Assembly (NCBI GenBank): GCA_964587625.1 | Contig: CAZPLU010000003.1 | Coordinates: 23,727 to 87,726 of the forward strand | Direction of reading: 5' to 3' | DNA from: an uncultured Eubacteriales bacterium | Lineage (GTDB): Bacteria; Bacillota; Clostridia; Oscillospirales; JAKOTC01 | Length of the DNA: 64,000 nt | The notes under the pieces: model-generated | Database searches by the model: none | The model's input: the letters and a program-made list of their open reading frames with translations, nothing else | What the model was told of the DNA's origin: nothing | In this document: in pieces, positions 36,519-46,969 of the stretch | Position numbering within the stretch: the stretch's first letter is position 1 | Layout: each line of letters starts with the position of its first letter | Program-made: the position numbers and the translations under genes

Positions 36519-38086
36519 GGCGGTTGAGAGGCATTGAGATTTTCGATTCCACGCTGCGCGACGGCGCGCAGGGCGAGGGCGTCTCGTTTTCGGCGCAGGA
36601 CAAATTGAACATCGTCAAAGCGCTCGACGCGTTCGGCGTGAATTATATCGAAGCGGGCAACCCGTTTTCGAACCCCAAGGACGCGGCGTTTTTCGAACGG
36701 GCAAAAGACCTCCGACTAAAAAACGCGGCGCTCTGCGCCTTCGGCAGCACCTGCCGGAAAGGCGCCAACCCCCGCGACGACGAAAACGTATCGTCGCTGC
36801 TCAAAGCGGGCACCCAAACCGTGACCGTCTTCGGAAAGGCATGGGATTTGCATGTCACCGAAATCTTGCGGGCGACATTGGAAGAAAACTTATTTGCCGT
36901 CGAAAAAACGGTGCGTTTTTTAAAAGAGAACGGCCGCGAGGTGATCTTCGACGCCGAGCACTTTTTCGACGGGTACGCCGTAAATCCCGATTACGCGTTC
37001 GAGGTTTTAAATGCCGCGAAGCGCGGCGGCGCGGATGTGCTGTGCCTGTGCGACACCAACGGAGGAACCGCTCCGCTCGCTCTCTACGACGCCGTAAAGC
37101 GCGTCTGCGGGGTTTTTTCGGACACGCGCGTCGGAATCCATTGCCATAACGACGCGGGCTGCGCGGTCGCAAACTCGCTGCTTGCCGTCGAGGCGGGGGC
37201 GGCACAGGTGCAGGGGACTTTTATCGGCTTCGGCGAACGGTGCGGAAATGCGGACCTCTGTGCCGTGATCGCCAATTTAAAACTGAAACGCGGCTATGAC
37301 CTTGCCGATATAAAAATCGAATCCCTCAGCGAAACCGCGATCCGCATCGCCGAAATCGCCAACCTGAGCATTCCGGGCGACCGGCCGTTCATCGGCAAAA
37401 GCGCGTTCGCGCACAAGGGTGGTATGCACGTCGACGGCGTCAGCAAGCTCTCCAAATCGTTTGAACACATCGATCCGGCGGCGGTCGGCAACCGGCGGCG
37501 GTTTTTGACTTCGGAGGTCTCGGGGCGCACCACGGTGCTCGAAAAAGCCGCGCGGATCGCCCCCGGACTCAAAAAGGAATCGCCCGAGACGGCGCGGATC
37601 GTCGAAAAATTAAAACGCCTCGAAAACGACGGCTACCAGTTCGAGGCCGCCGACGCGAGTTTCGAGCTGTTGGTTTTAAAACTGCTCGGGCGGTATCAGC
37701 CGTATTTTTCGCTGATCCAATACAAAACCACCGGCGATTATCCGGCGCCGGAAGACGCTGCTTCGGCCTACGCGATGATTCAAATTCGCGTGGACGGCAA
37801 AACCGAAACCGCCGCCTCGACCGGGAACGGCCCGGTCAACGCGCTCGATCTCGCGCTGCGCAAGGCGCTCTCGGTGTTTTATCCGCGGCTCGCCCAAGTC
37901 CGCCTGACCGACTATAAGGTGCGCGTGCTCGGCGACCGGGACGCGACGGCGGCCAAGGTGCGCGTATTGATCGAGTCCTCGGACGGGGAGCGCGTCTGGA
38001 CGACGGTCGGCGTCGCGACCGACATCATCCAAGCCAGCTGGATCGCGCTGGTCGACTCGCTGGAATATAAACTCATCAACGGATAA
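36515..38086 (+). CDS. cimA: Citramalate synthase-type LeuA paralogue
   Basis: [50 protein letters not shown] and [17 protein letters not shown] fit the CimA-type (TIGR00977-like) pattern from memory. The GTG start overlaps the leuA stop (GTGA). Confidence 0.7.
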   Translation: MRRLRGIEIFDSTLRDGAQGEGVSFSAQDKLNIVKALDAFGVNYIEAGNPFSNPKDAAFFERAKDLRLKNAALCAFGSTCRKGANPRDDENVSSLLKAGTQTVTVFGKAWDLHVTEILRATLEENLFAVEKTVRFLKENGREVIFDAEHFFDGYAVNPDYAFEVLNAAKRGGADVLCLCDTNGGTAPLALYDAVKRVCGVFSDTRVGIHCHNDAGCAVANSLLAVEAGAAQVQGTFIGFGERCGNADLCAVIANLKLKRGYDLADIKIESLSETAIRIAEIANLSIPGDRPFIGKSAFAHKGGMHVDGVSKLSKSFEHIDPAAVGNRRRFLTSEVSGRTTVLEKAARIAPGLKKESPETARIVEKLKRLENDGYQFEAADASFELLVLKLLGRYQPYFSLIQYKTTGDYPAPEDAASAYAMIQIRVDGKTETAASTGNGPVNALDLALRKALSVFYPRLAQVRLTDYKVRVLGDRDATAAKVRVLIESSDGERVWTTVGVATDIIQASWIALVDSLEYKLING

Positions 38087-38099
38087 AAGGGGTATAAAA

Positions 38100-39359
38100 A
38101 TGCCGATGACGCTCTCGCAAAAAATATTGGCCGCGCACTGCGGCATGGAAAAAATAGAAGCCGGACAGTTGATTTTGGCCGGCGTCGATTTGGTGCTCGG
38201 CAACGACATCACCGCGCCGGTCGCGATCAACGAATTTTTAAAACTCGGTAAAAACCGCGTGTTCGACTGCGACAAAGTGGCGTTGGTCATGGACCATTTC
38301 GCACCGAATAAGGACATCAAGGCCGCCGAACAGTGTAAATACGTGCGAGAATTCGCGGGCAAGATGAACGTGAAACACTTTTTCGACGTCGGCGAGATGG
38401 GCGTGGAACACGCGCTTCTGCCCGAAAAGGGGCTTGTCGTCGCGGGCGACCTCGCGGTCGGCGCCGATTCGCACACCTGCACCTACGGGGCTTTGGGCGC
38501 GTTCTCGACCGGTGTCGGCTCGACCGACATGGCCTGCGCGATGGCGACCGGAAAACTGTGGTTCAAAGTACCGTCCGCAATTCAATTCGTACTTAAAAAC
38601 AAGCCCGCGAAATGGGTGTCGGGAAAAGACATCATTTTGCACATCATCGGCAAAATCGGGGTCGGCGGCGCGCTATATAAATCCATGGAGTTCACCGGCG
38701 ACGGCGTCTCGCATCTCTCGGTCAGCGGGCGGCTGACCATGGCGAACATGGCCATCGAGGCGGGCGCGAAAAACGGCATTTTCGAAGCGGATGATAAAAC
38801 GCTCGACTACATCAAAGAACACGGCAGCCGCAAGCCGGTTGTTTATCAAGCCGACAGAGACGCCGAATACGACGCGGTCTATGAAATTGACCTTTCCAAA
38901 TTGCGCCCGACCGTGGCGTTCCCGCATCTGCCGGAAAACACCCGCGCCATCGACGACGTCGGCGAGGTGAAAATCGACCAGGTTGTGATCGGTTCCTGCA
39001 CCAACGGGCAGCTCGAAGACCTCGCGGCGGCCGCCGAAATCTTAAAGGGCAAGAAGATCGCAAAGGGCGTGCGCTGCATCGTGATCCCGGCCACCCAGCG
39101 CATTTACCTCGAGGCCATGGAAAAGGGCTATTTAAAGACGTTTATCGAAGCGGGCTGCGCGGTTTCGACCCCGACCTGCGGGCCGTGTCTCGGAGGCCAT
39201 ATGGGCATTTTAGCAAAGGGCGAGCGCGCCGTCGCGACCACCAACCGCAATTTCGTCGGACGCATGGGCCACCCCGAGTCCGAGGTCTATTTGGCAAGTC
39301 CGGCGGTCGCCGCCGCGAGCGCGGTTTTGGGCAAGCTGGCTTCACCCGAAGCAATTTGA
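38100..39359 (+). CDS. leuC: 3-isopropylmalate dehydratase large subunit (419-aa short type)
   Basis: [15 protein letters not shown]...[11 protein letters not shown]...[13 protein letters not shown] aconitase-family Fe-S cysteines. Confidence 0.9.
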   Translation: MPMTLSQKILAAHCGMEKIEAGQLILAGVDLVLGNDITAPVAINEFLKLGKNRVFDCDKVALVMDHFAPNKDIKAAEQCKYVREFAGKMNVKHFFDVGEMGVEHALLPEKGLVVAGDLAVGADSHTCTYGALGAFSTGVGSTDMACAMATGKLWFKVPSAIQFVLKNKPAKWVSGKDIILHIIGKIGVGGALYKSMEFTGDGVSHLSVSGRLTMANMAIEAGAKNGIFEADDKTLDYIKEHGSRKPVVYQADRDAEYDAVYEIDLSKLRPTVAFPHLPENTRAIDDVGEVKIDQVVIGSCTNGQLEDLAAAAEILKGKKIAKGVRCIVIPATQRIYLEAMEKGYLKTFIEAGCAVSTPTCGPCLGGHMGILAKGERAVATTNRNFVGRMGHPESEVYLASPAVAAASAVLGKLASPEAI

Positions 39360-39474
39360 AAATGAGATTTTCAAACAGGAGTTTTACATTTTCGCGCCAA
39401 AACAGCGCGGCGCGAATTTTGCTTCGCAAAACCGGTAAAACATCTCCTCTTTTTGAGAAAGGATGAAATTTTAT

Positions 39475-39969
39475 ATGAAAGCACACGGAAAGGTCATCAA
39501 ATACGGCGACAACGTGGACACCGACGTCATCATCCCGGCGCGCTACCTCAATTCCTCCAACCCAAGGGAACTCGCCGCCCACTGCATGGAGGACCTCGAC
39601 CCGACCTTCGTCAAACGCGTCAGGGCGGGAGACATCCTCGTCGGCGGGCGCAATTTCGGCTGCGGCTCGTCGCGCGAGCACGCGCCGCTGGCCATCAAGA
39701 CCTCCGGTATCGCCTGCGTGGTCGCCGAGTCGTTCGCGCGTATTTTCTACCGCAACGCCATCAACATCGGGCTGCCGATTATCGAGTGCCCCGAGGCCGC
39801 CAAGGCCATTTCCGAGGGTGACGAGGTCGAAATCGACTTTGCCGGCGGAAGCATCGCAGACCTGACGACCGGAAAGACCTACACCGCGCAGCCGTTCCCG
39901 GAATTTATCCAAAGCATTATCGAGGCGGGCGGATTGATCAATGCGATTGAAATGAATTTGATCAAGTAG
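39475..39969 (+). CDS. leuD: 3-isopropylmalate dehydratase small subunit
   Basis: [25 protein letters not shown]...[18 protein letters not shown] 39475 is preferred over 39463 because of RBS spacing. Confidence 0.9.
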   Translation: MKAHGKVIKYGDNVDTDVIIPARYLNSSNPRELAAHCMEDLDPTFVKRVRAGDILVGGRNFGCGSSREHAPLAIKTSGIACVVAESFARIFYRNAINIGLPIIECPEAAKAISEGDEVEIDFAGGSIADLTTGKTYTAQPFPEFIQSIIEAGGLINAIEMNLIK

Positions 39970-40017
39970 CAGGGAAGGCGGCTGCGAAGAAATGAACCTT
40001 TAAAACGATGATCGGAA

Positions 40018-40153
40018 TCCCGTTTTTGCGAGGAGAGCGCGGAGTTTTACCCCGCGCATGACGAAGCAATCCGGAAACGAGACATCCGGATTATAACCGG
40101 ATTAAAATTCCAACAGGGGAACGGACTGGATTGCCGCGCTGCGCTCGCAATGA
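40018..40153 (+). repeat. Structured intergenic repeat element, copy B (leuD-leuB spacer)
   Basis: It has the same nested arms as copy A: TTGCGAG (40025-40031) with CTCGCAA (40143-40149), and GCAATCC (40065-40071) with GGATTGC (40127-40133). It also carries extra internal hairpins. Confidence 0.75.
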
Positions 40154-40184
40154 CGAATAAACAACCAAAGAAAGGAAAAACACC

Positions 40185-41258
40185 GTGGATTATCAAATCG
40201 CGCTCATTAAAGGCGACGGCATCGGCCCCGAAATCGTCGATTGCGCCGTCAAGGTATTAGATGCTGTCGGTGTAAAATTCGGTCATCAATTCAATTATTA
40301 CGACCTGCCCGCGGGCGGCAACGCCATCGACGCATACAGCGTTCCGTTGCCCGAAGATACCGTCAGGGGCTGCCTTGTCTCCGACGGCGTTCTGCTCGGC
40401 GCGGTCGGCGGCCCGAAATGGGATGCGCTGCCCGGGCATCTGCGCCCCGAACGCGCTTTGCTCGGCCTCCGCGCGGCCATGGGTTTATATGCCAACCTCC
40501 GCCCGGCGAAATTGTTCGAATCGCTCAAAGCCGCAAGCCCCCTGCGCCCGGACATCGTGGAAAAGGGGTTTGACCTCGTGATCGTGCGCGAACTCACCGG
40601 CGGCATCTATTTCGGCCAAAGCGGCAGGCGCGAGGGGAAATTCGGCCCGGAGGCGTTTGACACCGAGTGCTACAGTGTGGATGAAATCGAACGCATCGGG
40701 CGCGTGGCTTTTGGACTTGCGGCCAAACGGCGCAAAAAGGTCACGAGTGTCGACAAGGCCAACGTCTTGGAAAGTTCCCGCTTGTGGCGCGAAATTATGC
40801 ATAAGCTCGCAGAAGAACACCCCGATATCGAGTATTCGGATATGCTCGTCGACAACGCCGCCATGCAGCTGGTGCGCAGCCCGTGCCAGTTCGACGTGGT
40901 CGTCACCTCGAATTTGTTCGGCGACATCCTCTCGGACGAGGCGTCGATGCTGACCGGCTCCATCGGCCTGCTGCCGTCCGCTTCTCTTGGAGACGGCGCG
41001 CGCGGCCTGTACGAGCCGATCCACGGCTCCGCGCCCGACATCGCGAACACCGGAAAAGCCAACCCGATCGCAACCATCCTGTCTGCCGCGATGATGCTGC
41101 GCTGGTCGTTTGACCTGCAAAAAGAAGCCGACGCGGTGGAAAGCGCGGTCGCGCGGACGCTCGCCGCGGGTCACCGCACTGCGGATATCCTCGGCACCTC
41201 CGATGCCGCCCCCCTGAACACCGTCCAAATGACCAAAAAAATCATCGAATTGTTATAA
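40185..41258 (+). CDS. leuB: 3-isopropylmalate dehydrogenase
   Basis: [17 protein letters not shown]...[29 protein letters not shown] start. Confidence 0.95.
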   Translation: MDYQIALIKGDGIGPEIVDCAVKVLDAVGVKFGHQFNYYDLPAGGNAIDAYSVPLPEDTVRGCLVSDGVLLGAVGGPKWDALPGHLRPERALLGLRAAMGLYANLRPAKLFESLKAASPLRPDIVEKGFDLVIVRELTGGIYFGQSGRREGKFGPEAFDTECYSVDEIERIGRVAFGLAAKRRKKVTSVDKANVLESSRLWREIMHKLAEEHPDIEYSDMLVDNAAMQLVRSPCQFDVVVTSNLFGDILSDEASMLTGSIGLLPSASLGDGARGLYEPIHGSAPDIANTGKANPIATILSAAMMLRWSFDLQKEADAVESAVARTLAAGHRTADILGTSDAAPLNTVQMTKKIIELL

Positions 41259-41443
41259 ACCCGGATGTAAGTAGGGCGGGATGCCCTTATCCCGCCGAAA
41301 TTTCCCGTAAAACAAATGTTTTACGGGAAATCGAAGTAAAGAGACAATATTAAATGATCTTCATATATCATATATCGTAGTTTTTACGACGGGGTTTGGG
41401 GGCATTTCGTCTTATTTTTCAAAATACCAAATCCATGATAAAC

Positions 41444-41481
41444 AACCAATCTGTAAAGTATATAAGCTTTACAGATTGGTT
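41444..41481. terminator. Perfect 15-bp hairpin between convergent leuB and pdp (putative terminator)
   Basis: AACCAATCTGTAAAG-tatataag-CTTTACAGATTGGTT, followed by TGCTTTC on plus and GTTTAT on minus. Confidence 0.5.
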
Positions 41482-41492
41482 TGCTTTCATGT

Positions 41493-42791
41493 CTATGATA
41501 TGATTTTATAGATCAGCGGAACCGACTTCGGGGGCGCGTCCCCGTATTGGAACGCCGATAAAAACACGGGCTTCGCCGCTTCGAATTTGCGCTTTTCGCT
41601 TGCGTATAACACCGCAATCGGTTCGCCTTTTTCAACCATATCGCCGGTCTTTTTCAGCATGGTTAAGCCGGCAAGCGGGTCGATTTGATCTTCAAGCGAA
41701 GCCCGTCCCGCGCCCAGCATACCCGCCGCCTCGCCGATCCGTTTGGCGTCGGTCCTGCGGATATACCCGTCCTTTTCGGCGGTCACGGTCAGCCGATAAG
41801 GGGCTTTCGGCATCTTGTCCGGTTCCAAAATCCAACGCGCGTCGCCGCCTTGCAGCCGCACTGTGTCGGCCATCTTCTGTAAAGCTAAACCGCTTTCCAC
41901 CGCTTTTTGTATCGCCTTATCGGCGTCCGTGCCGGTATATCCCGCGTGCAGCAGCATTTGTTTAGACAATACATGGCAGACCTCACGCAAGTCGCGGTCT
42001 CCGCCGCCTTTCAGCACCTCGACCGCCTCCGCGACCTCCAACAGATTGCCGACATTATGCCCGAGCGGCGTGTCCATGTCCGAAATCACGGCGCTGACTT
42101 TTTTATTTGCGGCGGTGCCGATTTTGACCATCAGGCGCGCCAATTCCTCGGCTTTTTTCCGGGTCGCCATAAAAGAGCCGCTGCCGTATTTGACGTCGAG
42201 GACGATGATGTCCGCGCCGCCCGCCAACTTTTTGCTCATGACGCTCGAGGCGATCAGCGGCATGCTGTCGACGGTGCCGGTCACGTCTCGCAGGGCGTAC
42301 AGGCGCTTGTCGGCGGGGACGAGCCCCTTGGACTGCCCGATCACGCACATGCCGTTTTGGTTGACGATCTCGGCGAACATTTCCGGGGAAATGGCCGTGG
42401 AAAGCCCTTTGATCGACTCCAGCTTGTCGATCGTGCCGCCGGTGTGCCCGAGACCGCGCCCCGACATCTTGGCGATCTTCAGCCCGCTGGCCGCCGCGAT
42501 CGGCGCGACGACCAGCGTGGTCTTGTCGCCGACGCCGCCGGTGCTGTGCTTGTCGGCCTTGACGCCCTCGATGGCTGAGAGATCGGCGACCGCGCCCGAG
42601 TCGCGCATGGCAAGCGTGAACTGCGCCGTCTCCTCATCGGTCATGCCGTTGAACCAGACGGCCATCAGCCACGCCGCGAGCTGGTAGTCGGGGATCAACC
42701 CGTCGCCCGCGCCGTTTGCGACAAAAGCAAGCTCCTCTTTGGTCAGCCGTTTGCCGTGCTTTTTCTTTTCGATAATCTCAACCATTCCCAT
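41493..42791 (-). CDS. pdp: Pyrimidine-nucleoside (thymidine) phosphorylase
   Basis: MVEIIEKKKHGKRLTKEELAF...DKHSTGGVGDKTTLV... Confidence 0.9.
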   Translation of the reverse strand: MGMVEIIEKKKHGKRLTKEELAFVANGAGDGLIPDYQLAAWLMAVWFNGMTDEETAQFTLAMRDSGAVADLSAIEGVKADKHSTGGVGDKTTLVVAPIAAASGLKIAKMSGRGLGHTGGTIDKLESIKGLSTAISPEMFAEIVNQNGMCVIGQSKGLVPADKRLYALRDVTGTVDSMPLIASSVMSKKLAGGADIIVLDVKYGSGSFMATRKKAEELARLMVKIGTAANKKVSAVISDMDTPLGHNVGNLLEVAEAVEVLKGGGDRDLREVCHVLSKQMLLHAGYTGTDADKAIQKAVESGLALQKMADTVRLQGGDARWILEPDKMPKAPYRLTVTAEKDGYIRRTDAKRIGEAAGMLGAGRASLEDQIDPLAGLTMLKKTGDMVEKGEPIAVLYASEKRKFEAAKPVFLSAFQYGDAPPKSVPLIYKIIS

Positions 42792-43042
42792 ATATTAAAG
42801 TTCATTCCTTTCTTCAAACCGGGGAATTGTGCCGATTTCGGTTTACCGAAATTCGGATTTTAAAACCCGAAAGGTACAAAACCCGCGTGAAGAATAAAAT
42901 TTTTCACGCTATCCCCTCGTTCCCCGTTAGACATTTTTGAATTTAAAAGTACACACGCGGTTAAATGGGTATGCGGATATCGCCGCTCCGTGCGGAAAAT
43001 GATACCACACCCCACGCAAAAACGCAAATATTTAAAAAACCG

Positions 43043-43071
43043 TTGACAAACTGGAAATGCTCGGTTATAAT
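43043..43071 (+). promoter_or_regulatory. Consensus sigma-A promoter upstream of the ABC exporter pair
   Basis: TTGACA (43043-43048), 17 nt, TATAAT (43066-43071), preceded by an A-tract. Confidence 0.65.
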
Positions 43072-43275
43072 ACGTCGTGTTTGACGCACCGAACGGTGTA
43101 GGCAGGTCGGTGTAGGGACCTGTGGGCGGTGCTTCTTAATTTCGATTGGCTGGCGAAACAGCTTGTTTCGTCTTAAATATTTGTGCTTTTGACGCGTTTT
43201 TTTGATTCGGTGGTTTAAATTTATAATCATATCGACTGCCCGCGGTCTTTTTAACCGTCTGATAGAGGTACCGTT

Positions 43276-45138
43276 TTGAATAATAAACAACTCAATGGGA
43301 AGGGCAATTTTGCCTTTATCATGCAGATGATGAGGGGAAACTGGCGTTTTTTTTGGATCTGCGTCATTGCGATGGCGCTGGGCGTCTGCCTGTCGTATAT
43401 CACCCCGAAAATCGTCGGCGTCACCATCGACTCGGTCATCGGGCGGATGGATTTCAATCTGCCGCAACGGCTGAAGGATGTCATCACACAGCTCGGCGGC
43501 CAGGAATTTTTATTAAAAAATTTGTTCATCTGCGGCCTGCTCGTGTTTGCGGTCGCGGTGTTCTCCGCCGTTTTCAACTACATCCGCAACTATTCGGGCG
43601 CAAAATTGGCTCAGCACCTGTCCTATAAACTGCGCAAGACGCTGTTCGACCACATCCAGCGGCTGCCGTTCTCGTGGCACAAGTCGATCCAGACCGGCGA
43701 CGTGATGCAGCGCTGCTCATCGGACGTGGACACGGTTTGCAACTTCGTCTCGGGTCAGTTCACCGAGGTCGTCCGCATCGTGTTTATGCTGGTCATCGCC
43801 TATGTGTTGATGTTTTCGATTAACACCAAGTTGGCGTTGGCTTGTCTGGCGTTCGTGCCCGTGGTCATCGGCTATTCGGGCGGTTTCTACGGCAGGATCG
43901 CAAAACGCTTTAAACTGGCGGATGAAGCCGAGGGCCGCATGCACGCCATCGCGCAGGAAAACTTCACCGGCGTGCGGGTCGTGCGTGCGTTCGGGCGCGA
44001 GCGGCAGGAGCTCGACCGCTTCAAGGCGGGCAACGACGAATTTGCCAACCTCTGGATCAAGACCGGCGATTTGATGAGCTGGTATTGGAGCATCGGCGAC
44101 CTGATCAGTTCCTCCCAGACGGCCATGCTGTTGATATACGGCACATTTCTGACGGTCAACGGCGAAATGAGCCCGGGCGACATCATCGTCTTTGCGATGT
44201 ACGGAGGGATGTTGGCATGGCCGATGCGCCGTCTCGGAAGAACGCTGGGAGAAATGAGCAAGGCCGGTGTCTCGATCGGGAGGATCAACGATATTTTGAC
44301 GGTAAAAGCCGAACGGGACGAAGAAACCGACCTGTTTCCCGAGATCAAAGGCGATATTAAATACGAGCATGTCAATTTCGGTTTCGAGAATGCGGAGGTC
44401 TTGCGCGACGTCTCGTTTGAACTCAAAGCCGGACAGACGCTGGCAATTCTGGGCGGCACGGGCAGCGGCAAATCGACGCTGCTGCACCTGCTGAACCGCC
44501 TGTATGACCTCGACGGGGAAAAAGGGCAGGGCAAGATCACGATCGACGGCATCGACGTCAACAAGATCAACCGCAGGCATTTGCGCCGCAATATCGCAAT
44601 GGTGCTGCAGGAGCCGTTTCTGTTCTCGGATACCATCGACAACAACCTCAGATTGGCCGCGCCCGATACCACCCGCGAGGGCATTGAATCGGCGACCAAC
44701 ACGGCGGAAATTCACCATTCGATTCTCGAATTCCCGCAGGGTTACGAGACGATGATCGGCGAAAAGGGCGTCACGCTCTCGGGCGGACAGCGCCAACGCG
44801 TGGCGATCGCGCGCGCGCTCGTCGAGGACGCGCCGGTGCTGGTGTTCGACGATTCGCTCTCGGCGGTCGACGTCGAGACCGACAGCAAAATCCGTTCCGC
44901 GCTCAAGCGTCGCACCAAGGACACGACAACCATCATCATCTCGCACCGCATCTCGACGCTGATGGACGCGGATCAGATCATGGTGCTCTCGGAAGGAAAG
45001 ATCGCAGAGTTGGGCACCCATGCGGAACTCTTAAAATTAAACGGTATTTACAGCTCTATCTTCAACATCCAGAGCATGTTTGAAGAGGAGATGGAAACGG
45101 AGGTGGGCGCAAATGGCGGCGGAACTCAATCAAAATAA
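43276..45138 (+). CDS. ABC exporter, fused permease/ATPase, subunit 1 of a heterodimer
   Basis: Six-helix TMD followed by an NBD (GGTGSGKST, LSGGQRQRVAIARAL, VLVFDDSLSAVD). TTG start with an AGAGG RBS; the start is uncertain. Confidence 0.85.
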   Translation: MNNKQLNGKGNFAFIMQMMRGNWRFFWICVIAMALGVCLSYITPKIVGVTIDSVIGRMDFNLPQRLKDVITQLGGQEFLLKNLFICGLLVFAVAVFSAVFNYIRNYSGAKLAQHLSYKLRKTLFDHIQRLPFSWHKSIQTGDVMQRCSSDVDTVCNFVSGQFTEVVRIVFMLVIAYVLMFSINTKLALACLAFVPVVIGYSGGFYGRIAKRFKLADEAEGRMHAIAQENFTGVRVVRAFGRERQELDRFKAGNDEFANLWIKTGDLMSWYWSIGDLISSSQTAMLLIYGTFLTVNGEMSPGDIIVFAMYGGMLAWPMRRLGRTLGEMSKAGVSIGRINDILTVKAERDEETDLFPEIKGDIKYEHVNFGFENAEVLRDVSFELKAGQTLAILGGTGSGKSTLLHLLNRLYDLDGEKGQGKITIDGIDVNKINRRHLRRNIAMVLQEPFLFSDTIDNNLRLAAPDTTREGIESATNTAEIHHSILEFPQGYETMIGEKGVTLSGGQRQRVAIARALVEDAPVLVFDDSLSAVDVETDSKIRSALKRRTKDTTTIIISHRISTLMDADQIMVLSEGKIAELGTHAELLKLNGIYSSIFNIQSMFEEEMETEVGANGGGTQSK

Positions 45139-46960
45139 TTTCGACGAATACGCCCTCAGCAACAAGTTCGAATTCAAAGAGTGGAAGCGCATGTTCGCCT
45201 TCCTCAAAAATCACAAAAAATATCTGATTCCTCTGCTGATCTGCACTTTAATCACGGCTTGCGTAGACGCATTGATCCCCTATTTTTCCCGGTACGCTTT
45301 CAATGTTTTTATCGGCGGAAACACCACAGAGGGAATTCAATGGTTTGTTTTGCTTTATGCAGCTGCAATTTCGATTCAGGTCACGGGCACGATTATCTTC
45401 ATCCGCAATTCGATGAACCTCGACCTTCGGGTCGGAAAAGACCTGCGCAACGCCTGTTTTGAAAAGCTGCAGCGCCAGTCGCTGTCCTATTTCAATGTCA
45501 CGCCGGTCGGCTATTTGCTGTCCCGCGTGCTGAACGACACTTTCAGTTTGGGCGGCATGCTGGCCTGGGGTCTCGCCGATACGGTCTGGACGACCTGCTA
45601 TCTGACCTTTTGCTCGGTCTCGATGTTCATTTTGAACTGGAAGCTGGCGCTGCTGGTGATGTTGGTACTGGTCGGAGCGATTGTCATCTTGCAACTGATG
45701 CAAAAAAACATCCTCAAATTAAACCGCGAGGTGCGCAGGACCAACGCAAAGCTGACCGCCGCGTTCAACGAGGACATCACCGGCGCGAAGACCATCAAGA
45801 CGCTTGCCGTCGAGGACAGCGTCTGCCACTCGTTTGACAAGATCAACGTCGAAATGCGCGCCAAATCGCTGCGGGCAAGGCGGCTTCGCTCGGTGTTCCA
45901 GCCGATCATACTGGTGTTGGGCACGATGATCCTGGCGGTCGTCATCTCGTCGGGCAGCGGCTTCGCGGGCGACCCGGAGGGACTCGGCACATTGGCGGTG
46001 TTCATCGCCTATGCGCTCTCGGTCATCGACCCGATCTCGAACATCACCGACTTCGCGGTCGATCTGATCGCGCTCCAGGTCAACGTCGAGCGCATCAACC
46101 GCCTGATCGACGCCGAGCCGCTAGTCAAAGACCGCCCCGACGTCGTCGAAAAATACGGCGACGTCTTTGAGCCGAAGCGCGAGAACTGGGAGCCGATCAA
46201 GGGCGACATCGAATTCGAGGACGTCACCTTCCGCTACCCGGACGGCAACGTCGACGTGCTCTCGCACTTCAACCTCAAGATCAAATCCGGCAGCTTGATC
46301 GCCATCGTCGGCGAGACCGGCGCGGGTAAATCGACGCTGGTCAACCTGGCCTGCCGGTTCTTCGAGCCGACCGAGGGCAGGGTGCTGATCGACGGCACGG
46401 ATTACCGCGAGCGCTCGATCAACTGGCTGCACTCCTCCATCGGCTATGTGCTGCAGCAGCCGCATCTGTTCTCGGGTACGATCAAGGAGAATATCCGCTA
46501 CGGCAACCCCGGCGCGACGGATGAAGAAATTATTGAAGCCGCCAAGGTCGCCTGCGCGCACGAGTTCATCATAAAGCTCAAGGACGGCTACGATTCCAAC
46601 GTCGGCGAGGGCGGCGACCTGCTCTCGACCGGCCAAAAGCAATTGATTTCAATTGCCCGCGCGGTGGCCGCGAATCCGCGCATCTTCGTGCTCGACGAGG
46701 CGACCTCTTCGGTCGACACCGAGACCGAGCAATTGATTTCAAAAGTCATCTCGACGGTGCTCGAAAACCGTACCTCGTTCATCATCGCGCACCGGCTCTC
46801 GACGATCAAAAACGCCGACTTGATTTTGATGGTGGACGACGGAAAGATCATCGAGCAGGGTACGCACCGTCAGTTGCTGCGCCAAAAGGGCCGTTATTAC
46901 GCCCTTTACAGCCGCCAGTTCGAAAACGAGGAACAGGGCAAGATTTTCGCCCGGACTTAA
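45113..46960 (+). CDS. ABC exporter, fused permease/ATPase, subunit 2 of a heterodimer
   Basis: GETGAGKST, LSTGQKQLISIARAV, IFVLDEATSSVD. GGAGGTG RBS lies 7 nt upstream of ATG 45113. It overlaps the end of subunit 1. Confidence 0.85.
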   Translation: MAAELNQNNFDEYALSNKFEFKEWKRMFAFLKNHKKYLIPLLICTLITACVDALIPYFSRYAFNVFIGGNTTEGIQWFVLLYAAAISIQVTGTIIFIRNSMNLDLRVGKDLRNACFEKLQRQSLSYFNVTPVGYLLSRVLNDTFSLGGMLAWGLADTVWTTCYLTFCSVSMFILNWKLALLVMLVLVGAIVILQLMQKNILKLNREVRRTNAKLTAAFNEDITGAKTIKTLAVEDSVCHSFDKINVEMRAKSLRARRLRSVFQPIILVLGTMILAVVISSGSGFAGDPEGLGTLAVFIAYALSVIDPISNITDFAVDLIALQVNVERINRLIDAEPLVKDRPDVVEKYGDVFEPKRENWEPIKGDIEFEDVTFRYPDGNVDVLSHFNLKIKSGSLIAIVGETGAGKSTLVNLACRFFEPTEGRVLIDGTDYRERSINWLHSSIGYVLQQPHLFSGTIKENIRYGNPGATDEEIIEAAKVACAHEFIIKLKDGYDSNVGEGGDLLSTGQKQLISIARAVAANPRIFVLDEATSSVDTETEQLISKVISTVLENRTSFIIAHRLSTIKNADLILMVDDGKIIEQGTHRQLLRQKGRYYALYSRQFENEEQGKIFART

Positions 46961-46969
46961 AAATAAGAT

